Shown: piece by piece, positions 38,834-47,906 of the stretch
Layout of the letters: the number at the start of each line of letters is the position of its first letter
Position numbering within the stretch: position 1 is the stretch's first letter
Assembly: GCA_963752475.1 (NCBI GenBank)
Contig: CAVVYR010000013.1
Coordinates: forward strand, 642-64,641
Reading direction: 5' to 3'
Origin: an uncultured Chloroflexia bacterium
GTDB lineage: Bacteria > Chloroflexota > Limnocylindria > Limnocylindrales > CSP1-4
Length of the DNA: 64,000 nt
The notes under the pieces: generated by a model
Database searches by the model: none
What the model was told of the DNA's origin: nothing
The model's input: the letters and a program-made list of their open reading frames with translations, nothing else
Made by a program: the position numbers and the translations under genes

Positions 38834-39694
38834 CTACTCAGACCCGTCGAAGCCCCGCTCGGCGTCGATGACATCGAGGATGACCTGGACCACTGCCGCA
38901 ACGGCAGGATGGTCGGGAACCAGCACTTCCTCTCCGTCGACGAAGTCATGGCCGATCAGGGTCATGTGGTTGGCGCCGGGGATCTCGACGTAGGTGGCGT
39001 CGTGACCCGCCGTGACGAAGGCCTCGGTCGCATCCTTCGACTGCGAGGGAGCGCAGTCCACGTCATCCTCGGCCCCCACCAGGACCAGCTTCGCATCGCC
39101 GCTTCCGAACTGCGCGGGATCGAGCCCGGTCGGCTGCCCTCTCCACTCGTAGTAGCAGCCGGCGAGGGCGACGACGGCGTCGGGCAGGGGCGCAGGTGGA
39201 CCACTGAAGCACGCGTCGGATTCGCCCGGCACGTGCACCGGGGTCTCGAAGGCGCCTCCGATGGCCATCGGTGCACCGAGGGAGTGGCCGACGCCGATGA
39301 CCGGCAGCGTGAGATCGCCGCCGTAGTCGCCTGCGACCTCGCGCTCGTAGCCGGAGGCGCATCCGAGGTCCTGGGTGATGTGGTCCCAGCGGCCCTGATC
39401 GATCTCGGTCGAGCGATAGTCGGGCGCGAAGACGACGACCCCGTGCGCCGCCAGCACCGGTCCGATGACGCCCCAGTCGGCGTTCGAACGGTCGTACCCG
39501 TGTAACGCCCACACGATGGGGAACCCACTGCCGGAGGCGGGGAACCAGACGCGGATGTCCTGGGTCGTCTCGTGGCTGATGGTGTCGGTCTCGACCTCGT
39601 AGCTCTCTGTTTGTGCATGCGCGGACGACGCCAGAAGCAATGTCAGTACCCGTCGCCAGCACAGCACTTCATGATTCCCATCACGGACCCCCAC
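38834..39694 (-). CDS. Secreted alpha/beta hydrolase (dienelactone hydrolase/chlorophyllase/cutinase-like).
   Basis: The signal-like segment is RRVLTLLLASSAHA. It has the nucleophile elbow VGHSLGA, plus HGYDRSNADW...VVVFAPDY. The start is uncertain (GTG at 39694 or at 39666). Confidence 0.65.
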   Translation of the reverse strand: MGVRDGNHEVLCWRRVLTLLLASSAHAQTESYEVETDTISHETTQDIRVWFPASGSGFPIVWALHGYDRSNADWGVIGPVLAAHGVVVFAPDYRSTEIDQGRWDHITQDLGCASGYEREVAGDYGGDLTLPVIGVGHSLGAPMAIGGAFETPVHVPGESDACFSGPPAPLPDAVVALAGCYYEWRGQPTGLDPAQFGSGDAKLVLVGAEDDVDCAPSQSKDATEAFVTAGHDATYVEIPGANHMTLIGHDFVDGEEVLVPDHPAVAAVVQVILDVIDAERGFDGSE

Positions 39695-39954
39695 TCGTCA
39701 GTCGTTGCATATCGCCCGCAGCCGGGAACCGGACGATGTCACCGCCCTCAAGGCCTTCGTAGGTGACGCCGTAGACGCTGCCGTCCGAGGCCACCGCACC
39801 GACCTGCATCACATGGGCGACACCGGCGTCCTCGGATAGCGTGGGAACTGCCACGTCTGGCCGTCGAAGCGCGCGAGCCCACGATCGGAGGCTCGTCCAG
39901 GGCATGCCGTCGGCGGCAAGGGCCGTCCACGGCATGCCGCCGCCGAGATCGCGA

Positions 39955-41904
39955 TCAGCGGCTCGTAGCTCGAGGCCTCGGGGAGTTCGACGATCGAGAC
40001 GTCGTCGCCGTCGAACCGTGCCATCGGCCCGCGTGCGACCGTGTATGGTGTTCTCGCGAACCGAGGTTCTCCTGCGAGACGACCCAGACGGCGCCATGGC
40101 CGGCAGTCCCGATGACGACAGCGCCGAAGACCTCCGCATCGCCGATCGCATCGATGGTCTCCCACTCGCCATCCGCGTAGCGGGCAAGACCGCCAGGCAT
40201 CCAGAAGCCGGTGCCGCCGAGCCAGACTGCACCATCGCCATCGACCTCGAGCGAGAGCTCCGCGGGGTACTGCAGCGGGCAGCCGTCGATGTCCTTGCGG
40301 ACCCACGCACCGTCCTTCTCTCGAAGGGTCCACATTCGGCAACCACCAGACTGGATGGGCCTCGCGGCCCACACCGTGCCCGCCGCATCGACGGCGACCG
40401 CCGCGGCCTTCCGCTCGTCGATGAGCTCCCATCGGTCGCCATCGCGAAAGGCGACCCCGTCCGGTCCGGCGACCCAGACCGTGCCGTCGGGTCCGAGCGT
40501 GAGGTCACGCCCGAACGATGCGTCTAGCCCTGAGTCCGCGACGTGGGTCGTCCACTCCAGCTCGTCGGTCACCACGCCGTCCTGGATGTGCCGGACAGCC
40601 CGCGTATCGACGACCCAGAGTTCGTCGTCGCCGGTGGCCAGCAGCCGAGGTGAGCTCACGCTGGCCGGGGCCACGTCCCAGGCCGGCTCCCACCCGTCTC
40701 CGATTCGTTCATAGGTGCCCTCAGGGGTGCCCAGGAAGACGCGCTCGCCGACGGTCGCGAGGTCTGCCGACCAGTGGTCCTCGGTCGGCCCCGTCGGGCC
40801 GTCGAGCTTCGTCCACGCCGCACCATCCCAGCGCCAGACGCGGTTCGTGCGGTTGTCGGAGTGGGTCCAGACCGAACCATCGGGCGTCGCGGCCAGCGTG
40901 CTGTAGGGGTGGCCGCCGGCCGGTGTCACCACGGTCCAGGTCGAACCGTCGAAGCGGGCGAGGCCGCCCTCGCTGGCGACCCAGATGGAGCCGTCGGGCA
41001 TCTCCGCGATCGCCGTGGGCCACTTGGTCAGCGGTGATGCGTCAGACATGTCGAAGCGCGTCCACTCCGACCCCTCGAGGACGATCACTCCGGCGCCACC
41101 CGAGCCTCCGCATGACGAGTAGCGCTGCCCAACGACCCATGGCCGCCCTGTCGAGTCGACGACCATGGCCCGGATCCAGTCGCAATCGGTTGGGCTCGCA
41201 GGGCCGACGTCCTGCCAGTCGGACCCATCCCAGTGCAGGACGGCACCCGACTCGGTCGCTGCCCACAGCGATCCGTCGTCAGCCTCGACCGTCAGCGTGA
41301 GTACGTCCGGGGACTCGATCACCTGCGTGAAGTGGTCGCCGTCGAACAGGCGTGCGGCGTCTGGACCCGCCAGCCAGATGCCTCCGCCGGCCGACGGCGT
41401 GATCGAGTTCGCCCGCGCGAACGCGAGGTCGTCGGCCAGCGTCCACTCGGTGGTCGTGTCCGTGTCCGGGTCGAAGCGCACCAGTCGCCCAGGGCGCTCG
41501 AAGGCCCACAGGGCGCCTTCGCCATCGGCCACCAGCATCTCGGTGGCACCTGTCGAGGGCGACACGATCTCCATCCCGGTGGGTGCCAACGAATGGCTCT
41601 CGGTCGCCGGAGCGATGTCGTCTTCCTGCGGCGCACTGAGGACGCTCATGAGCAGGAAGCCACCGAACAGCGCCAGGATGACGCTGGCGGCGGCGTACTT
41701 GAGTGCGGAGAACATCGTGAACCCCTTTGCGGCTGGAGCCTGCGGAGGGTGGTCTCTGAATCGGCCGACGAGCGCCGAGCGGCCACGAGGGGCGTTGGCT
41801 GTAGCCGTGCGCACGATGGCGGCGGCATCGACGGGTCGCGGCGGGCGCATGGCCCCTCGGACGACGTCAGCGAGCTGGCGTTCGAGCCCGTTCATCTCGT
41901 CCAT
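39955..41904 (-). CDS. Single-pass membrane protein with about 14 Reg_prop-like (two-component-regulator propeller) repeats. Putative anti-sigma/sensor partner of the upstream ECF sigma. The 3-prime end is disrupted.
   Basis: The ATG at 41902-41904 shares one base with the sigma-factor TGA. It has a short cytoplasmic N-terminus, a TM segment AASVILALFGGFLLMSVL, then repeats of the form DGS(I/V/L)W(V/A)...GGLARFDGSxW. Repeat-like sequence (ARFDGDDVSIVE, DGMPWTAL, LARFDGQTWQFP, DGSVYGVTYEG) continues in other frames down to 39681. Confidence 0.65.
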   Translation of the reverse strand: MDEMNGLERQLADVVRGAMRPPRPVDAAAIVRTATANAPRGRSALVGRFRDHPPQAPAAKGFTMFSALKYAAASVILALFGGFLLMSVLSAPQEDDIAPATESHSLAPTGMEIVSPSTGATEMLVADGEGALWAFERPGRLVRFDPDTDTTTEWTLADDLAFARANSITPSAGGGIWLAGPDAARLFDGDHFTQVIESPDVLTLTVEADDGSLWAATESGAVLHWDGSDWQDVGPASPTDCDWIRAMVVDSTGRPWVVGQRYSSCGGSGGAGVIVLEGSEWTRFDMSDASPLTKWPTAIAEMPDGSIWVASEGGLARFDGSTWTVVTPAGGHPYSTLAATPDGSVWTHSDNRTNRVWRWDGAAWTKLDGPTGPTEDHWSADLATVGERVFLGTPEGTYERIGDGWEPAWDVAPASVSSPRLLATGDDELWVVDTRAVRHIQDGVVTDELEWTTHVADSGLDASFGRDLTLGPDGTVWVAGPDGVAFRDGDRWELIDERKAAAVAVDAAGTVWAARPIQSGGCRMWTLREKDGAWVRKDIDGCPLQYPAELSLEVDGDGAVWLGGTGFWMPGGLARYADGEWETIDAIGDAEVFGAVVIGTAGHGAVWVVSQENLGSREHHTRSHAGRWHGSTATTSRSSNSPRPRATSR

Positions 41905-42452
41905 CACTCCAGCTCCTGCCGCAAGCGGTCCAGTAGTCGCTTCAGTCGCTGTCGCGTGCCGGCCGGACTGATGCCCGTGACGGCGGCCAGCTCGGTGGCG
42001 TCGTAGCCAAGGCCGTAGCGCAGGGCCAGCAACGTTCGGTCGTCGGGATCGAGGTGGCCGAGCGCAGCGAGCATGTCGAGCGAGTCGATGCCGGTGACCG
42101 GGTCGGGACCACCGCCGCCGGGGACACGCGCCGTATCCAGCGCGACCTCGGTCCGTTCGCGGCGACCCCGCGCCTGGAGCAGCTTCTTGGCCTCGTTGAC
42201 AGCCACGCGCATGAGCCATGAGCGCAGGCGCTCGGGTTCACGCAGGGAGTCCAGCTTGCGCCACGCGATCGACCAGGCCGACTGCACCGCATCCTCGGCC
42301 AGGGCGTCCTCACCGGCGATGAATGTGCAGACCCGACACATGTCGTCGTGGTAGGCCGAGACGATGCGAGCGAAGGCCGCCTCGTCGCCCTCGGCGGCGG
42401 ACTCGACGAACCCTGCCAGCTCTCTGTCTGCGACCTGCGTCATCGCCCCCAT
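41904..42452 (-). CDS. ECF-type RNA polymerase sigma-70 family factor.
   Basis: Region 2-like sequence: FARIVSAYHDDMCRVCTFIAG...AEDAVQSAWSIAWRKLDSLREPERLRSWLMRVAVNEAKK. Region 4-like sequence: DRTLLALRYGLGYDATELAAVTGISPAGTRQRLKRLLDRL. The start is uncertain (TTG 42479, ATG 42452 or ATG 42443). Confidence 0.8.
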   Translation of the reverse strand: MGAMTQVADRELAGFVESAAEGDEAAFARIVSAYHDDMCRVCTFIAGEDALAEDAVQSAWSIAWRKLDSLREPERLRSWLMRVAVNEAKKLLQARGRRERTEVALDTARVPGGGGPDPVTGIDSLDMLAALGHLDPDDRTLLALRYGLGYDATELAAVTGISPAGTRQRLKRLLDRLRQELE

Positions 42453-42751
42453 GCCCACTAGATACGTGGCGCGCGTCAAGTGTGACGTCCTATCGCAACG
42501 TCAGGCGACGGCCGCGCCGCAGGACGACGGGCTCAGGCCATTGCCACGGCGCCGGCAACGGGCAACCGCTGGGCATCTCGACGTTGACGCATGTGCCGCG
42601 GCCGGCGTGGTCGGTCGTGGTGGCACCACCACCGCCCGCTCACCTCGACAAATCGCAGCATCGCGCTGTACATTCATTCCTCACCGTTCCCACCCCTGTG
42701 GCTTGTCGTCACTGCACGCGGGTGGTCGTTACCTGGGGGTGGAGGAATCGG

Positions 42752-43195
42752 ATGTCCTTGATGAGTTCGCGCCGTAGCTTGGCCCTCTTGATCAGTGCCG
42801 TCCTGCTGGCCTCACTCGCCGTTGCCTCGGTTGCAGCACCGGCCGCAGCGGCCAAACCCAAGTGTGGTGGGAAGGTGGCCACGATCGTGGGCACCAACAA
42901 GGGCGACGTCATCCGGGGCACGGCACGGGGCGATGTCATCGTGGCCAAGGGTGGCAACGATCGCATCTACGGCGGCGGAGGCCACGACGTCATCTGTGGC
43001 GGCCGCGGCAATGACCGTATCCTCGGGGGCCCGGGTAACGACCGTATGCTCGGCGGCAAGGGCCGCGATGTCATCGATGGCAACCCCGGACGCGACGTGC
43101 TCTTCGGCGGGCCGCAGAACGATGCCCTGCGTGGTGGCGTCGGCATCGACGCCTGCTATCAGGGGCCGGGTGGTGGTCCGGTGCAGGACTTGTGA
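42752..43195 (+). CDS. Small secreted protein with hemolysin-type (RTX-like) calcium-binding repeats.
   Basis: GGAGGA precedes the ATG. The signal peptide is RRSLALLISAVLLASLAVASVAAPAAAA. It is followed by GGNDRIYGGGGHDVICGGRGNDRILGGPGNDRMLGGKGRDVIDGNPGRDVLFGGPQNDALRGG. Confidence 0.75.
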   Translation: MSLMSSRRSLALLISAVLLASLAVASVAAPAAAAKPKCGGKVATIVGTNKGDVIRGTARGDVIVAKGGNDRIYGGGGHDVICGGRGNDRILGGPGNDRMLGGKGRDVIDGNPGRDVLFGGPQNDALRGGVGIDACYQGPGGGPVQDL

Positions 43196-43196
43196 G

Positions 43197-43670
43197 TTGC
43201 CCGTCAAGGTCCTGGTCATCGCCTACTCGGACCTCAATGGCAACCACCGCTTCGACACCGGCGACGTGATGATCAGCCGGCTCCTCGACTCCAACCGCGA
43301 TGGCATCCCCAGTGCCGGCGATACGATCGAGATGGGCCGGTACCCGACGAACTTCGCGGCCACCGCCTTCGCCGACTGGGGCATCAAGCGTCATCAGGTG
43401 CAGAGTGTCGACACCGTCGAGCCCGATAGGGTCCTGACCCGAGACACGACCTTCGGCGCGCACTGGTGGTACGAGAGGTCGCCGAGCCAGTACGACCGCT
43501 ACTACCAGCACTACGACAACGCCGCGGCCACTTCTTCCTTCGACGACCGGCCGACCGATGATTCGATCACGACGTGGACCGGCTCCCCGAGTCGAGCGGC
43601 CGGCCGGCTCGAGATCACCTCACCCGGCTCCGGCGACGACCGCTTCATCGACGTGGAGATCTACCCCTAG
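43197..43670 (+). CDS. Hypothetical protein with two EF-hand/DxNxDG-type calcium-binding-loop-like motifs.
   Basis: Motifs: DLNGNHRFDTGD and DSNRDGIPSAGD. The putative TTG start lies 1 nt after the upstream TGA. The start is uncertain and the family is not recognised. Confidence 0.45.
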   Translation: MPVKVLVIAYSDLNGNHRFDTGDVMISRLLDSNRDGIPSAGDTIEMGRYPTNFAATAFADWGIKRHQVQSVDTVEPDRVLTRDTTFGAHWWYERSPSQYDRYYQHYDNAAATSSFDDRPTDDSITTWTGSPSRAAGRLEITSPGSGDDRFIDVEIYP

Positions 43671-43874
43671 CGTCAGCCGCCGGGTTGAGCTTCGGCGCGA
43701 AGATCTCCCGATCGAGCTGCACGACGGTGATACGTGCTTGTGAGTCTTCAACGAGCGTGCAGCGCGTCAGGTAGGTGACCCGGGGCTACCTCTGTCGGGA
43801 TACGGCTCGCCGTGTCCATGCGGGGCGAGTGGCCTGGCGCTTGGCGCGGCTATCTCCCGTTTCACACGCGGCCC

Positions 43875-43964
<90 letters not shown>

Positions 43965-43989
43965 CGCAGGCCGCAGGATAGCAGCGCGG

Positions 43990-45915
43990 CTATGCATTCC
44001 CTGATGGCACCGCCAGTTCCCATGCCGCCTGGCTAGCCGCTGCTTCCACCGCGTCCTGCATCTGCTGGACGGCCGCGATGGTCACGTCGCTCGGGATAGA
44101 AAGCGGGTCGGTGTCCTCGTCGAGGATCGGACCGCGCTCGTCCGCGGCGCGGAAGTGCGCCCAGGAGACGAGCATGTCGAGACGCGCCTCGGACTCCCCC
44201 GCGATCTCGACCGGGACAGGCAGCGCCTGCAGCCACAGGTACAGCGTGAACGCCTCACAGAAGACCGCCACGAAGTCTCCCTGCAGCTGCTCCAGGCGGG
44301 TCGTCGGACAGCCGGGGATCCTGGCGACCTCCTCGACCTTCTCCGGCGTGGACGGCTCACCGCTGAACCCGAGGATCTGGCTCAGCTTTCCGCCCTTCAT
44401 GCCATGGCACTCCTTCGAATCCTTGTTGCCGAGGGCCGGCGTGCCGGTGACAGTCCCACCACCACCCTCCGAACCGGCCTCGGTGGCGCTCGCATGCGCC
44501 CCCATGGAGCTCACGATCTCGTCGCTGCAGACATCGAGATCGTCAGACTCGAGCGTGCCGCACGGGATGACGCCGTCACGACCCGGAACGGCCACGCGGT
44601 TGGGCGTGGCCGCGTATGCCACCTGGCCCAGCGCCACCTCCGGGTCCGCCGCGACCTCGCCATTGCTGGCCAGGACAGCCTCCTGGAAGTCGGAATGTGG
44701 AGCCAGGCGCACCGACGCGATGGGCGTCTCGGTATAGGGCAGCTCAGCAAAGCCCTGGTAGATGAACCCGCCCTGGTACGGTCCGGTCGGCGTGTAGCTG
44801 GTCCACTTGGCGTCGAACGTGCCGAGGTAGTTGCCGTCCGCGTCGAAAGCCTGGAGCCAAACCACCTCTTCGAGCATCTCGACGTCGTAGGGCACGAGAG
44901 ACTGGATGTTGATCTCGACGATGCCGAAGCTGTCGACGGCCTGCGTGCCCAGGACGCTGACACAGGTCGTGGGGTCGCCGCCAGGCGCGAAGTCCCGACG
45001 CAAGTCATAGGTGCCGGCACGCCACACGAGATCGCCCAGCTTCCGCTTCGCCGGATCGCCATCTTCAGCTGCCTCTACTGCCACGTGCACGTTCGGGGCA
45101 CCAGGCTCGGGCGCGGGCTCGTCTGCCCCATCGCCTTCCCCGTCCCCGTCCCCGTTGCCGTTGCCGTTGCCGTTGCCGCCGGGTGGGTTGCCGCCACCGC
45201 CGGGGGGTGGGTTGCCGCCACCGCCGGGGGGCGGGTTGCCGCCACCACCTGGGGGCGGGTTGCCGCCGCCTCCGCCGCCCCCACCACCGGATCCCTGCTT
45301 CGGAATGGGAACGACGTTGGCCATCATGCGCTTGTCGATGCCGCCGGCACCCTTGTACTGGAGGTCGTACCAGTTGGGGCCGGAGGCTCCGACCGATGAC
45401 GACGCGGCCTGCGGGTAGAACCCGGTGCCCTCGCGGAACCAGAGCCCGAATGAGTCGACGGTCTGATCGGCCTCGAACGGGTTCGCCTCCGAGCCCTGGG
45501 TCACGACCTTGCTGCCGTCGCTGTAGCCCTGGTGCACCACCACCGACGAGGGACCCTTCAGGCTCGCCTTCTCGACCAGTCCGACGAAGGTCGCCAGAAC
45601 TGGCGCGCCGGCCTTGGGCAGATCACCCCAGCCGAGCTTGCCGTTGACCAAAGGCTTGAACCAGTTGCGCAGCTGCTTGTTGAGCACGACCTCGCCGACC
45701 GCGGCCCACTCGACCGCCTCGGTCGCGTTGGCGGTCACCTGCAGGTTCGGGATCTGGGCCTTCAGGCCGGGGACCTTACGCAGCGTGGCGTAGGCCTTGT
45801 CGAGCGTCGACTGGGCCGAGACGGATGCCGCGGGAAGCATGGCCATCGACAGCGCCACGATGGCGAGCATGGAGACGAGCGGCCGCGCACGGCCGACTAC
45901 ACGGGCGGTGATCAT
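43990..45915 (-). CDS. Large secreted hypothetical protein with an internal Gly/Asn/Pro low-complexity linker.
   Basis: 641-aa intact ORF. The signal peptide is SMLAIVALSMAMLPAASVSAQS. The linker is GGGGGGGGGNPPPGGGGNPPPGGGGNPPPGGGGNPPGGNGNGNGNGDGDGEGDG. I recognise no catalytic motif. Confidence 0.6.
   Translation of the reverse strand: MITARVVGRARPLVSMLAIVALSMAMLPAASVSAQSTLDKAYATLRKVPGLKAQIPNLQVTANATEAVEWAAVGEVVLNKQLRNWFKPLVNGKLGWGDLPKAGAPVLATFVGLVEKASLKGPSSVVVHQGYSDGSKVVTQGSEANPFEADQTVDSFGLWFREGTGFYPQAASSSVGASGPNWYDLQYKGAGGIDKRMMANVVPIPKQGSGGGGGGGGGNPPPGGGGNPPPGGGGNPPPGGGGNPPGGNGNGNGNGDGDGEGDGADEPAPEPGAPNVHVAVEAAEDGDPAKRKLGDLVWRAGTYDLRRDFAPGGDPTTCVSVLGTQAVDSFGIVEINIQSLVPYDVEMLEEVVWLQAFDADGNYLGTFDAKWTSYTPTGPYQGGFIYQGFAELPYTETPIASVRLAPHSDFQEAVLASNGEVAADPEVALGQVAYAATPNRVAVPGRDGVIPCGTLESDDLDVCSDEIVSSMGAHASATEAGSEGGGGTVTGTPALGNKDSKECHGMKGGKLSQILGFSGEPSTPEKVEEVARIPGCPTTRLEQLQGDFVAVFCEAFTLYLWLQALPVPVEIAGESEARLDMLVSWAHFRAADERGPILDEDTDPLSIPSDVTIAAVQQMQDAVEAAASQAAWELAVPSGNA
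45135..45292. repeat. In-frame coding microsatellite block: 6-bp (gttgcc)n, then 24-bp units encoding GGGGNPPP, then poly-Gly codons.
   Basis: ccgttgccgttgccgttgccgttgcc is followed by three or four units of gggttgccgccaccgccgggggg. Confidence 0.85.
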
Positions 45916-46017
45916 GGGGGAAATGACCTCGGTACGGACCGTGAAGGCGGCATCATCCCGCGGCCGGTGCCTGCAGTCAACGCCTACTCCGGGCTCGAGC
46001 GCTATGCTCGGCGCGCC

Positions 46018-47232
46018 GTGAATACCCTGACCCGCGCTGTCTTCGCGCTGCTGTCCGTCGCCCTACTCGCCACAAGCCTGGCCGCACCGGTCGGCGCCGC
46101 CCCTGCCCCTCCCCCGGCCGTGGAACCCGAGCTGGCCCAGAAGCTCCAGGCCAAGCTGACCCAGTGGCGGGTGAACCATCGTGCGCCCGGTGTCGCCGCC
46201 GCGATCCGACTGCCCGACGGCTCACGCTGGATGAGCACCAGCGGTCGCGCGATCCGCGGTGCCAACGGGCGCAACGTCCAGGTCTTCACACCGTTCGCCG
46301 CGGCCTCGCTGACCAAGACGTTCATGGCCGCGCTCATCCTGCAGCTCAAGGAGGAGCGCAAGCTCTGGCTGACCACGCCGATCTCGACGTGGCTGCCCAA
46401 GTACCCGCGCGGCAAGCGCATCACGGTCAGGATGCTGCTCAGTCACCGCAGCGGTATCGCCGACTACTTCGCCAACCCAGCCTACGAGCGAAAGGTCTTC
46501 GGGCGCCCGACGCACAAGTGGAAGACGCGCGAGATCCTGGCGCTCACGCCGCGTCCGGTCTGCGCACCCGGGGCGTGCTATCGCTACAGCAACACCAACT
46601 ACGTACTGCTGGCCAAGGTCGTTCGCAAGGTCACCGGCCGCTCCGCGGCACAGGAGATCCGCCGCCGGTTCCTGCGCCCGCTAGGCCTGACCGACACGTA
46701 CTTCCAGGGCCGGGAGCAGATCCGGCGCGTCCCGGCCGAAGGCTACTGGTGGACCGGCAACGGCTACAAGCGCTTCGCTGACCGAACGCGCATGCGCCCG
46801 AACACGTCCGCGGCCACGGTGGCCCACGCCGCCGGCGGGCTCATCTCCTCGATTCGGGACATCTCGGACTGGCAGGACGCGCTCTTCGACGGCCGCGTCC
46901 TCAAGCCGCGCTCGACGCGCCAGATGCAGGCGCTCCACCCCCAGAGCAACTACGGCCTGGGCATGCGCCGTGCCTGGCTCGACGGCAAGGCGGGCCTGGG
47001 CCATGGAGGCTCGCTCCGCGGCTTCGTCTCGGTCATGTACCGATTGCCCGAGGAGGACCTTGACGTGGCCATCATGACGAACCTCGGTCGGACCAGCCTC
47101 CAGGGCCTGGCAGACAAGCTGACCGAGATCACGCTCGACCACCTCGCGCCAGAGCCCGAGCCGACACCGACGCCCGAGCCGACACCCGAGCCGACACCCG
47201 AACCGACCGAGAGCCCGACCCCCGAGCCCTAG
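46018..47232 (+). CDS. Secreted serine hydrolase (beta-lactamase class C / DD-peptidase family).
   Basis: GTG start at 46018. The signal peptide is AVFALLSVALLATSLAAPVGAA. It has the SxxK motif ASLTKTF and the YxN motif YSNTNY. The C-terminal tail is the repeat PEPEPTPTPEPTPEPTPEPTESPTPEP. Confidence 0.75.
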   Translation: MNTLTRAVFALLSVALLATSLAAPVGAAPAPPPAVEPELAQKLQAKLTQWRVNHRAPGVAAAIRLPDGSRWMSTSGRAIRGANGRNVQVFTPFAAASLTKTFMAALILQLKEERKLWLTTPISTWLPKYPRGKRITVRMLLSHRSGIADYFANPAYERKVFGRPTHKWKTREILALTPRPVCAPGACYRYSNTNYVLLAKVVRKVTGRSAAQEIRRRFLRPLGLTDTYFQGREQIRRVPAEGYWWTGNGYKRFADRTRMRPNTSAATVAHAAGGLISSIRDISDWQDALFDGRVLKPRSTRQMQALHPQSNYGLGMRRAWLDGKAGLGHGGSLRGFVSVMYRLPEEDLDVAIMTNLGRTSLQGLADKLTEITLDHLAPEPEPTPTPEPTPEPTPEPTESPTPEP

Positions 47233-47657
47233 TCCGAACGGAACGGATCGATGATCCGCAACCCCGCGATACGCCGACCGTGCTGCAGGTCCTCGCTCAC
47301 CAGCGTCGCCGCACCCAGGCGCGCCGCCGACACGATGATCAGTGCGTCCCAGAACGACTGGTGATGCCGCTTCTCGAGCTCTGACGCCGCCGTGATGTCG
47401 ACGGGTTCGATGAGATGGACGCGCCACGTGGCATAGTGCTCGACCACGGCACGGGCTCGCGGCGCTGACAGTGGTCTCGGCAGCTTGCGGGTCGCGTTGA
47501 CGTAGAACTCCTGCAGCACCTGGGTGCTCAGTGCACCGGCGCGCGTGCCCCAGAGACGTCCAAGTAGCTCGCTGGCCACGTCACGCTTGTGGCCCGCAGT
47601 GCGATCGTGCGCGTAGAGCAGGACGTTGGTGTCGACGAAGACGAGCTCAGCGGTCAT
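47229..47657 (-). CDS. vapC: PIN-domain ribonuclease toxin.
   Basis: 142 aa. The N-terminal motif VFVDTNVLLYA and later acidic residues (WDALIIV) are typical of VapC. It overlaps the upstream antitoxin gene by 11 bp. Confidence 0.75.
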   Translation of the reverse strand: MTAELVFVDTNVLLYAHDRTAGHKRDVASELLGRLWGTRAGALSTQVLQEFYVNATRKLPRPLSAPRARAVVEHYATWRVHLIEPVDITAASELEKRHHQSFWDALIIVSAARLGAATLVSEDLQHGRRIAGLRIIDPFRSD

Positions 47658-47883
47658 ATACGGCTTCTCGAGTGGGCAGCCTGCCTTCGCTGCCCAGGTC
47701 GAAGCCAGACTCGAGGTCGGCCAGGGCCTCGACGCGCGCCTGTTCGTAGGCGTCGTCCTCTCGGACCAGTCGCTCGATCTCCTCGGCCACCAGGCGACTG
47801 ACGGACGTGCTTCGCTTCGCCGCGACCACCTTGGCCTTGCGGATCGTGGCTTCGTCCAGCCGGACGGTCAGGTTGCGCTGCAT
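47647..47883 (-). CDS. vapB: Ribbon-helix-helix-type antitoxin.
   Basis: MQRNLTVRLDEATIRKAKVVAAKRSTSVSRLVAEEIERLV has an RHH-like N-terminus. The ATG at 47881-47883 is preferred over the listed longer ORF. It lies immediately upstream of vapC. Confidence 0.6.
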   Translation of the reverse strand: MQRNLTVRLDEATIRKAKVVAAKRSTSVSRLVAEEIERLVREDDAYEQARVEALADLESGFDLGSEGRLPTREAVYDR

Positions 47884-47906
47884 GTTGGTCCTGTGTGCTG
47901 CGTGCT

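Noticed and set aside
42480-42751. ECF-type promoter (GGAAC-N16-17-CGT) upstream of the sigma gene or the RTX-like gene.
   Set aside because: The only GGAAC (minus strand, around 42690) lacks a matching -10 element at the right spacing. No call is made.
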